NCBI GenBank assembly: GCA_018238545.1
Contig: JABCTC010000008.1
Coordinates: 1 to 64,000 of the forward strand
DNA from: Candidatus Heimdallarchaeota archaeon
GTDB taxonomy: Archaea; Asgardarchaeota; Heimdallarchaeia; Heimdallarchaeales; Heimdallarchaeaceae
Direction: 5' to 3'
Length of the DNA stretch: 64,000 nucleotides
Positions 9,912-18,031 of this stretch are shown here, one piece after another. The translations under genes and the position numbers were made by a program. Positions within the stretch are counted from its first letter, which is position 1, and each line of letters begins with the position of its first letter. Below the pieces are notes generated by a model. The model had not been told where the DNA came from, did not search any database, and worked only from the letters and a program-made list of their open reading frames with translations.

Positions 9912-10475
9912 ATGACAGAAGAACAGGGCAAGAAATATATCTTCAAGATTGTTTTACTTGGAGATCCGGGGGTAGGAAAAAGCTCCCTTATCACAAGATT
10001 TGTACATAATAGATTTCAATCTTCATATTTAATGACAATTGGTGTCGATATCCTAAGTAAACAACTTTTTGTAGGAAATGATGAAGTTCTATTTCTTATA
10101 AGTGATATTGGGGGACAAGAAAGATTTGCTTCAGTCAGAGAGAAATTCTATCGTGGTTCGAGAGGTTGCTTTCTAGTATTTGATTTGACAAGAGAAAATA
10201 CATTAGCTTCAGTAAAAGCATGGAAGAAGGGTCTAAATGCAGTTGAAGAAGACGTAATTTATTTCTTGATTGGAAACAAAGCAGATTTGAAAGAACAAGT
10301 ATCAGTTTCAGACGAAAGCATACATGCAATAATCGAGGAATTAAATTTACCAAAAGAGACATTTTTTATAACTTCAGCTAAAACTGGAGAGAAAGTCGAG
10401 GAAGCCTTTGTTACTTTTTCAAAGGAATTGATGAAAGCAGTTGAGAAAAAAAGGGTCGAAGTAGGTTTAGATTAA
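9912..10475 (+). CDS. Rab-like small GTPase
   Basis: FKIVLLGDPGVGKS, TIGVD, DIGGQERF, FYRG, GNKAD, TSAK; no C-terminal Cys. Confidence 0.92.
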   Translation: MTEEQGKKYIFKIVLLGDPGVGKSSLITRFVHNRFQSSYLMTIGVDILSKQLFVGNDEVLFLISDIGGQERFASVREKFYRGSRGCFLVFDLTRENTLASVKAWKKGLNAVEEDVIYFLIGNKADLKEQVSVSDESIHAIIEELNLPKETFFITSAKTGEKVEEAFVTFSKELMKAVEKKRVEVGLD

Positions 10476-10544
10476 ACAGTATAAGCCTGACATCTTTTTC
10501 TTTTTGATAACTTATCGTTAATTTAAAATAACTAAGAAGAAATT

Positions 10545-10622
10545 TGGCGAGGCAGCCGGGATTTGAACCCGGGTCCATGGAGTGACAGTCCACGATCATC
10601 GGCCGAACTAAACTACTGCCCC
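10545..10622 (-). tRNA. tRNA-Asp(GTC)
   Basis: Cloverleaf GGGGCAG/CTGCCTC, anticodon loop CT-GTC-AC, GTTCAAATC, encoded CCA. Confidence 0.93.
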
Positions 10623-10741
10623 GCGGTTATTTCTTCTCTCTTTACAACTTTTTTTAAATATGTCGGTTATTACTATAATATTGGGTATTTTCATGACTAT
10701 GTATTCAATTCGATATATTTTTATTTATACTCTTTTCATAC

Positions 10742-11401
10742 ATGTTAATGAAAAGAACCCAACTGTTTCTAGTGATTCTCCTTTCATTAGTTATGGTACA
10801 ATACGTACCATTTGATAGTTTAGCAGCTATTCCAGTTGTTGAAGATGGCGATATACTCTCTTTTAGTTATACACTAACCGCAGATGCTAATGTTGTGGAA
10901 ACCTATACCGAAGCTGTTCCTCGACGAATTCGCATTATAAGCGCATCTTTTACGCCTCCTGGTCTTTTTAATGCTCTTGTAGGTATGTCTCTTGGCTCAA
11001 TTAAAGATGTAGTTGTTCCTCCAGAGGAAGGCTTTCTTCCTACAGACGATAAATATCCCCACTTGACTGGTTTGACATTATACTACACCAACCTCAAAGT
11101 CTTAGAAATAAATCTTGAACATTATACTGACCTTCCTACAAGTGGGACTGAACCTGGTTCTTTTGGATTCTATGCAATTAGGGTGGGTTTGGGACTTGTT
11201 GGAGCAGCTGCTTTTGTAGGATTAGTATATGGAGGTTACCGAGTCTATCCTAAGGTTTTCGGAAAGAAATGTATAGTATGCAAGACTCTTGCAATTGGTA
11301 CATGCACAAAATGCGGAAGAAGATTCTGTGAAAGGTGTTATTCTAATGGTTGTCCTTACTGCAAAGCCAGAACACTTCAAAGGTTTAAATCCTCCTCTTA
11401 A
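10742..11401 (+). CDS. Signal peptide + FKBP-like domain + TM + C-terminal Cys8 zinc finger (paralog 1)
   Basis: GDILSFSYTL..PGLFNALVGM..KDVVVPPEEGF..HLTGLTL resembles SlyD-type FKBP; TM; CIVC-x7-CTKC-x4-CERC-x4-CPYC. Confidence 0.75.
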   Translation: MLMKRTQLFLVILLSLVMVQYVPFDSLAAIPVVEDGDILSFSYTLTADANVVETYTEAVPRRIRIISASFTPPGLFNALVGMSLGSIKDVVVPPEEGFLPTDDKYPHLTGLTLYYTNLKVLEINLEHYTDLPTSGTEPGSFGFYAIRVGLGLVGAAAFVGLVYGGYRVYPKVFGKKCIVCKTLAIGTCTKCGRRFCERCYSNGCPYCKARTLQRFKSSS

Positions 11402-11448
11402 TATCCCTCTCCGAAATTCTTTTAAGTTTCTATAAGTCATTTATCATA

Positions 11449-12054
11449 ATGGTTTCCCATAAAAAACTAGTAAGATTCTTCATAGTACTAGTTACATTAT
11501 TAATTCAAGTTTCAGCTCTATCCGTAGCATATGATGATATTCACGGAGTAGAGCTGAACGATGTAATTGATATTTCCTTTGATCGTTATATAAATGGTGA
11601 TGCAACAACAGGTTACCCTGATGATGATCCCTTTCAGTTAACTGTGAATCCAGCTTACATCAATGTGATATTTGTCAATGAAATAATTGGCATGAAAGTT
11701 GGTGAAGTTAAACCAAGCATTAAGTGGACAGTGGATGAAGGTGATGGGCAATTCAATGAATATGAATATGTTGACACAAAAATTGTTAAATTAGTTAAAG
11801 ATGCTACTCCTTCAACTAGTCCTATTGGTCAGATAATTCTGACTATTTTTGAAGTTGTTCTCGTAATCGGAGTGGTAGTTGGTGCTATCTTCTTGTATGT
11901 CAAAGTCATTCATCCTCGTTTTCTAAGTAAGAAATGTTTGACATGTGGAAACCAAGCTACTTCCAAATGTTCTAAATGCGGACGATTCATTTGCTCAGAA
12001 TGTATGATTAAAGGCTGTCCTAGCTGTGGAAGCCGGAAATATATCCATTTGTAA
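11449..12054 (+). CDS. Signal peptide + degenerate FKBP-like domain + TM + Cys8 zinc finger (paralog 2)
   Basis: DVIDISFDRYING..FVNEIIGMKVGEVK; TM; CLTC-x7-CSKC-x4-CSEC-x4-CPSC. Confidence 0.72.
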   Translation: MVSHKKLVRFFIVLVTLLIQVSALSVAYDDIHGVELNDVIDISFDRYINGDATTGYPDDDPFQLTVNPAYINVIFVNEIIGMKVGEVKPSIKWTVDEGDGQFNEYEYVDTKIVKLVKDATPSTSPIGQIILTIFEVVLVIGVVVGAIFLYVKVIHPRFLSKKCLTCGNQATSKCSKCGRFICSECMIKGCPSCGSRKYIHL

Positions 12055-12121
12055 TTTCTTCAAATTAATCGAAGAATTTTTTAATTTCATCTAACTCTTT
12101 GGTTCACCACCATAAGTAAGT

Positions 12122-12204
12122 GCCAGGATAGCCAAGCGGTACGGCGGGGGTCTCGAAAACCTCTGGCATTAGCCTCCGGGGTTCAAATCCCCGTCCTGGC
12201 TCCA
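12122..12204 (+). tRNA. tRNA-Ser(CGA)
   Basis: GCCAGGA/TCCTGGC stem, loop CT-CGA-AA, long variable arm, encoded CCA. Confidence 0.92.
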
Positions 12205-12311
12205 TTTTGAGATGTAGCTGTTTCTTCTTAGCTATCTATTTTATTTTGCTACTATTATTTCATTAAGTTTTTATTTGTTTGAGTTTTCTTTCGTTTATAG
12301 GTTTGAGAATT

Positions 12312-13748
12312 ATGGTTTCTCCAAAGTTTCGTGTTAGAAGTATTTATGATGTTTCCATTATCAAATTGATTCTGGATAATCTTGATTATGAACTTATTCA
12401 ACCAAATATTGAACAAAAAAAACTATTCAACGCAAAAGATAAGATGTTCTCTTATGACATCGAAATCATCGATATATTAGATGGGTATGGTGTTTCGATT
12501 GAGGGCGAAGAAGAATATGTGTCGTCTATAACGTCTCTTCTTCTAGAGAAGATACCCAATTCGATAAGTCTTCAGCATCCTGTGCAGTTACATGCTGTAT
12601 ACAATGGCAAAGTTGTTCACGTGAATCACGAGAAAAATCTATCCGTTGTTGATATTGGAGAAAATATTAATACTATTATGTTTGGTTCAGATTTTCATAG
12701 AGGACAGAAAATAGTTGTTCAAATAAAGCAATTGAACATTTTTGATGATCAACTTCCAGTTTGCTCTACTATAATTCATTTCCCTGGACAGACAGTAATT
12801 CTTGAAAGAGATGCAAACTTTGTAAGAGTTTCGAGGAAGCTTCCTAAAATAGATAGAGATAAATTATTTGAGTTAGGCAAGAAATTACGCCCCATAGATC
12901 ATGGGTTAATTATGAGAACTAGTGCAAGTGCTTCATCCTCTGAAGCTATTCAAGCTGATATTGACCATCTCGTACAGGGGGCAGAAGAACTTGACCTCCT
13001 TATATCTGGTTCATCCTATGGTCCAGGTATATTACAACCAGGCCAAACTGTTGCTCATACACTTTTTCCAAAAGATGCAAAAGACACACTTACTAGCATC
13101 AGAAATGAGGTTATTCCAACAATCCCCCTATATCATTGGTTTATGTCTTATTCCCCAGAACTTAAAATCACTACAACATTTGCAGAAAAAGTATCCTCAG
13201 AGATAGACGGAGAAAAGCTCTCGCAAATTTTGAAACAAATAATATTAGAAAAAGATTTTTCAGATAATACTCTTATTCGACTACAGGAATATAGGTTGAC
13301 TTCTCCTCCACAAGAGAGAGTATTGGGTCAGTTGAATATCAAGAATGATATTTTAACAATAAAAAGAAGCTTCCGATCTTCCCGCGGAGTTCATTATGGG
13401 TTAAGTTCTGATATACAACAAGGTGACACTTCAATTGTCATTACAAGGGAAGGAAGTTGGACAATACACTCGAAAATATCGCGTGATGGAAAGATTATTG
13501 GTGAGCTTGTAAAAGTAGTAACACCTATAGAGCTTTTCGAGGGTAGTCGTATACGATTCATTGATTTAGGTCTAACTATTATCAAGCAGAATAATGATAT
13601 AGAAATTAAAGACGAGGGATTAGTGCGTAATCTATCTGAGCAAGGTATAATCTCTCCAACTTTCAAAGAGAAGATATATTCATTATTTGAAGAATGTCAA
13701 AAACAAATGGAAGATGGAACTGAGCAAATCTTAATCCTTTCTGAATAA
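12312..13748 (+). CDS. FAU-1-like AU-rich RNA-binding ribonuclease (RNase E/G-like + DUF402)
   Basis: N-terminal FRVRSIY, S1-like region, GLIMRTSA, C-terminal RFIDLG; ~480 aa; ATG 12312 preferred. Confidence 0.7.
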   Translation: MVSPKFRVRSIYDVSIIKLILDNLDYELIQPNIEQKKLFNAKDKMFSYDIEIIDILDGYGVSIEGEEEYVSSITSLLLEKIPNSISLQHPVQLHAVYNGKVVHVNHEKNLSVVDIGENINTIMFGSDFHRGQKIVVQIKQLNIFDDQLPVCSTIIHFPGQTVILERDANFVRVSRKLPKIDRDKLFELGKKLRPIDHGLIMRTSASASSSEAIQADIDHLVQGAEELDLLISGSSYGPGILQPGQTVAHTLFPKDAKDTLTSIRNEVIPTIPLYHWFMSYSPELKITTTFAEKVSSEIDGEKLSQILKQIILEKDFSDNTLIRLQEYRLTSPPQERVLGQLNIKNDILTIKRSFRSSRGVHYGLSSDIQQGDTSIVITREGSWTIHSKISRDGKIIGELVKVVTPIELFEGSRIRFIDLGLTIIKQNNDIEIKDEGLVRNLSEQGIISPTFKEKIYSLFEECQKQMEDGTEQILILSE

Positions 13749-13754
13749 ACTCTT

Positions 13755-14678
13755 TTGGAGATTAACTTGAAAGAACACTTAACCGCAGTTAAATGGGATC
13801 CCGCTATCCCTCCTTACTCTTTCCTTTTTGTAAGGGATTTTGAGAATGCTCCTGATATAATTTATAAGAAAGCTATTGATCTTAATCAATCATTCAATCT
13901 TAAGATCAGAAGCGATAAAATTTGTATAGGACATTCAATCGATAAAAACAACTACTACATTTGTTCTAATGTTACAGATGAGAAATATGTTCGATGTTAT
14001 AATTGTGAACAGAAAGATTTTCAAAAGTGTTTTATTCTTTGTGATGCAAGTAAACCTTTTGGAAATTGTTCAAATAACCTTGCAGCATATGAATACTGTA
14101 AAACACATCTGTCGTCTGTTTATCTTGCATTGATTGCAAATGAAGTGAAGGTTGGTGTTTCTTTCTCACCACTCAAACGATGGATAAATCAAGGTGCAGA
14201 TGTAGCCGTTGAAATTTTTAGAGCTAAAAATGGTTTTGATGCTAGAATACTTGAAAAGGAAATATCAAAATCGTTTAGCATTTCACAATCGATCAGGAAG
14301 ACACACAAAGCGAAGAAACTTAACTTTGATTTGAATAAATCACTTCCAGAGTTTCACGAGTTAAAGGATAAAGTCATAGACTTTCTAGATAAATATAATT
14401 ATGTTTCACAAGAATCTGACCTATTATACAAGGAACAACACCTTTCCTCCTATTATGGTAATATTTCCAAACTACCAACCACTCCAATAATTAATGATGT
14501 AGAAAAAACAAATCAGATTGTTGGGACAGTTGTCGGTGTAAAAGGAAAACTGCTCGTTACTCAAGTAAATAGCAGTTATTATGTAACAAATCTTTCTAAA
14601 ATTGTTGGACGAATCATTGAATTCTCAGACAAACCATTTAAACTTAAGGGTCAGAAATCCTTATCTGATTACTTTTAG
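13755..14678 (+). CDS. DUF2797-family protein with C-terminal PIP box
   Basis: Cys-rich region, VYLA..VKVGVS..RWINQGA, GVKGKLL; ends QKSLSDYF. Confidence 0.75.
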   Translation: MEINLKEHLTAVKWDPAIPPYSFLFVRDFENAPDIIYKKAIDLNQSFNLKIRSDKICIGHSIDKNNYYICSNVTDEKYVRCYNCEQKDFQKCFILCDASKPFGNCSNNLAAYEYCKTHLSSVYLALIANEVKVGVSFSPLKRWINQGADVAVEIFRAKNGFDARILEKEISKSFSISQSIRKTHKAKKLNFDLNKSLPEFHELKDKVIDFLDKYNYVSQESDLLYKEQHLSSYYGNISKLPTTPIINDVEKTNQIVGTVVGVKGKLLVTQVNSSYYVTNLSKIVGRIIEFSDKPFKLKGQKSLSDYF

Positions 14679-14751
14679 CTGACCTGCATGAGCAATGAGT
14701 AAGTGTAGAATAGTTTAAATTATAATGGTAAAATTGATTAACTGATAATGC

Positions 14752-14988
14752 ATGAGTGACTTCAAAAATCGTAATATAGAGTGTGTTATGGCTATTCTGA
14801 AGGAAAAAAGCCCAGCGACAACCAAAGAATTACTAGCTCTTACTGATAAATTCCCTGATTTATGCATTGGCTGTACTTCTGGTGGAGATGTTATCATGGC
14901 TGGTAAAGAATTAGTTGAACAAGGATTTGTTGAACGAAATTGGACTTCTAAAGGATACCTTTGGAAGTTAATTAATGATGCAGCATAG
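14752..14988 (+). CDS. Small winged-helix-like protein with CxxC
   Basis: ATTKEL helix, LCIGC, ELVEQGFVER..GYLW wing. Confidence 0.55.
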   Translation: MSDFKNRNIECVMAILKEKSPATTKELLALTDKFPDLCIGCTSGGDVIMAGKELVEQGFVERNWTSKGYLWKLINDAA

Positions 14989-15007
14989 ATTTGGATAAGG
15001 TGTTAAT

Positions 15008-16273
15008 ATGGTAGTTTGGTCTAAGATAAGAAGAGATTTCCCCGTGTTAAATCAGCTTTACGAAGGTAAAAACTTGATTTATTTTGATTCAGCTTGTATG
15101 GCACTCAAACCTGTTCAGGTTTGGAAGGCTATGGAATATTACTACAAATATTTAGGAGCATGTGGAGGTGCTGGTAGATCGACACACAGCTTGGGTCAAG
15201 AAACCAGTATGCTGACTGAGGAAGCAAGAGTCAATATTGCAAGTTTCATTAATGCAGCCTCTCCTAATGAAATAATTTGGACACGTAATGCTACTGAAGG
15301 TTTAAACATTGTAGCCGCTACCATGCCTCTGAAAAAAGAAGAAAATGTTGTGACAACGACATTAGAACATCACAGTGGTATGCTTCCGTTCTATAAGAGA
15401 TGTCAAGAAAGTGGAAGCGAAATGAGATTAGTCCAAGCTTGTAAAGATGGTACATTCGATCCTGCTGATTTTGAAAAACAAATCGATGATAATACTAAGA
15501 TTGTCTCGTTTGTTCACACATCCAATTTGACTGGAACTATAACACCCTTAGAAGAAGTAGTTGAAATAGCTCATGATCACGGTGCTCTAGTAGTCTCCGA
15601 TGAAGCTCAATATGCTCCTCATAGCAAGCTAGATGTCAGAAAGATTGATGTTGATTTCAGCGTTTTAAGCATCCACAAAGCTTGTGGTCCTACTGGAATT
15701 GGTGTTCTATATGGCAAATATGACCTCCTTGAAGACTTGGATATGTTCCTAGTTGGTGGAGATGTAATCGAAGATGTAATTTATGAAGATGGAAAAATCA
15801 TTCCCAAGTATCTTCCACCACCACATAAATTTGAAGCAGGATTGCAGAATTATGGTGGAATGATGGGTGCAGGTGCGGCTGTAGAATATTTGCAAAAAAT
15901 AGGTATGGATACAATTCATAGACGAGAACAAGCTTTTTCCCGAAAACTTTTAGAAGGAATTCTTGAGCTTGAAAAATTCGAAGTGATTGGACCTTTGGAT
16001 TATAAACAAAGAGCAGCTCTTGTTTCGTTTAGACCAAAATCTGGAAGTATAAACCATAATGATATTACTGAATACTTCAATGAAATGGTTCCAAATCATA
16101 AGATACTAATGAGGTCTGGAAACTTGTGTGTTCACCCTTTCCAATATCAAATAGGGTTGAATCCTGGTAAAGGTGAAGGTGTAGTTCGAGCCTCACTTTA
16201 TATCTACAATACCATGAATGAAATTGAGATATTTTTAACTGAACTAGAAAATTTTGCTAAATTCATAGATTAG
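15008..16273 (+). CDS. sufS: Cysteine desulfurase, SufS family
   Basis: IRRDFPVL, YFDSA, EHH, HKACGPTGIG, KFEAG, RSGNLC. Confidence 0.88.
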   Translation: MVVWSKIRRDFPVLNQLYEGKNLIYFDSACMALKPVQVWKAMEYYYKYLGACGGAGRSTHSLGQETSMLTEEARVNIASFINAASPNEIIWTRNATEGLNIVAATMPLKKEENVVTTTLEHHSGMLPFYKRCQESGSEMRLVQACKDGTFDPADFEKQIDDNTKIVSFVHTSNLTGTITPLEEVVEIAHDHGALVVSDEAQYAPHSKLDVRKIDVDFSVLSIHKACGPTGIGVLYGKYDLLEDLDMFLVGGDVIEDVIYEDGKIIPKYLPPPHKFEAGLQNYGGMMGAGAAVEYLQKIGMDTIHRREQAFSRKLLEGILELEKFEVIGPLDYKQRAALVSFRPKSGSINHNDITEYFNEMVPNHKILMRSGNLCVHPFQYQIGLNPGKGEGVVRASLYIYNTMNEIEIFLTELENFAKFID

Positions 16274-16396
16274 TTTAATGAAAGCACGCATAGAAACTTT
16301 CATTTTACCAATCATTTTCTGATTTTTATTCTAATCTACCGAAAGCATTAAAAAATAAACATTCTGTGATGATACTGGACAGAATTTTTCACAGAG

Positions 16397-16681
16397 GTGT
16401 TTAGAGTGAGTGATGAGACCCTCGAGCAGGTAAACGAAGCAATTCAATTGTTGGAAAGAATAAGCGAGGATACAACCGTACCCCGAAATATAAGAAGAGC
16501 TGCAACAAACTCTCTTGAAATCATGAGGGAACCTGATCCCGAATTGAGTTTAGCAGTAAAAGCAAATAATGCAATAGAAATACTAGATGAAATATCCCAA
16601 GACCCTAACTGTCCTGCCCATGCAAGGACGATGTTGTTACAGATAATAACTCTTCTAGAGATAACAGATTATGATTACTAA
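16397..16681 (+). CDS. UPF0147 family protein
   Basis: DTTVPRNIRRAA..LDEISQDPNCPAHART. Confidence 0.88.
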   Translation: MFRVSDETLEQVNEAIQLLERISEDTTVPRNIRRAATNSLEIMREPDPELSLAVKANNAIEILDEISQDPNCPAHARTMLLQIITLLEITDYDY

Positions 16682-16730
16682 CCTCAAGTGTTAGTCGATT
16701 GTGACAATTCCATCTATTGCTCTCTTTTTT

Positions 16731-17984
16731 TTAATTATTTACTTCCTTTTCAGGTTTGTAATCATTCTTGATTGTTGTTCCAGGTGCAACTACTGAATTG
16801 GTTGCTATTTTTCTTCCAGCAAAGATGAGTGTGTTTACCCCTATATCACAATTATCCCCAATTATGGCTCCAAGTTTTAAAAGACCTGTATTGATTTTCT
16901 TACCATTAATATTCATGGAAACTTCTTTCATGCCCGTTTCTGTAATGACGGTCATAACCCCTGAGGATATGCAAGTATTTTGACCTATTACACTATCCCC
17001 AACATAACACAATCGGAAAACTTTAGCGCCATTAAATAGGACAGAATTTTTTATCTCACTTCCAAATCCAATAAGGGCCCCCTTACCTATTGAACAATGG
17101 TCTCTGATTAATACATTGTTACCAATATATGTGTTAGCACCAATATATAATGGTCCATTAAGAACAGATCCAGAACTTATTTCCACATTCTCTTCGATTA
17201 TTACTACGTTTTTTAGTTCCACATTAGAGGCTATTGACACGTCTTTGGCTATTCGTGATTCTTTCAGATTTGATAATAATAACGCATTTGCTTCAATAAT
17301 ATTCCATGGTTTTCCAATATCAACCCATTCTTTTTCCCATATCGCTGCAGATACTTTATCTCCCTTCTCTATCCTCGCATTTATCGCTTTACTCAAAGAT
17401 TGTTGTGATCTAATTTCATCAAATAAGTCAGTTCTAATAATAAAACAACCAGCATCGACATATTTACTCTCTGAGGTTTGATCAATTTTCTTTATACCAG
17501 CTTTTTTTACTAATCCCATAGAATCTATCTCAACAATACCAAAGTCCCCAGTATCTCCACGTAAAGTTAAGGTCATTGTCATATCAGCTTGTGTATTTTC
17601 AAAAGCATTCAATGCTCGTTGCATCAAACCTTTTTCTGGAACAATATCACCAAAAAGCAATAGAAATTCTGAATCATTTTTAACAAATTCTTCAGAAGCT
17701 AATAGTGCTGATTCAATTCCTTCCTTCTCACCTTGGTCTGCATATTGAATGTTAACATTGAAGGCTGTCCCTTTTTTGAAATATTCCTTGATTTGTTCTC
17801 CTTTATACCCAATAACAATAATGATGTCTGTTAAACCCATGTCCCGTAATTCTTCAATCAAATATTGCAAAATAGGCTTACCTAACAAAGTAATCATGGG
17901 TTTAGGTCTAGTTTCAGTTAATGGATACAAATCTAAACCCTTGCCGCCAGCTAAAATTACTGTTTTCATTCTATTCCTAGACAT
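16731..17984 (-). CDS. glmU: Bifunctional sugar-1-phosphate nucleotidyltransferase/acetyltransferase (archaeal GlmU-like)
   Basis: VILAGGKG..PLTETRPKPM; hexapeptide-repeat C-terminus; downstream of glmS. Confidence 0.85.
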   Translation of the reverse strand: MSRNRMKTVILAGGKGLDLYPLTETRPKPMITLLGKPILQYLIEELRDMGLTDIIIVIGYKGEQIKEYFKKGTAFNVNIQYADQGEKEGIESALLASEEFVKNDSEFLLLFGDIVPEKGLMQRALNAFENTQADMTMTLTLRGDTGDFGIVEIDSMGLVKKAGIKKIDQTSESKYVDAGCFIIRTDLFDEIRSQQSLSKAINARIEKGDKVSAAIWEKEWVDIGKPWNIIEANALLLSNLKESRIAKDVSIASNVELKNVVIIEENVEISSGSVLNGPLYIGANTYIGNNVLIRDHCSIGKGALIGFGSEIKNSVLFNGAKVFRLCYVGDSVIGQNTCISSGVMTVITETGMKEVSMNINGKKINTGLLKLGAIIGDNCDIGVNTLIFAGRKIATNSVVAPGTTIKNDYKPEKEVNN

Positions 17985-18031
17985 TATCTCATCACCATAT
18001 ATCTCTTTTTTCCTAAACTTTATTTTCTACA

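Noticed and set aside
10411-10748. Short ORFs overlapping tRNA-Asp
   Set aside because: Explained by the tRNA gene and its promoter region
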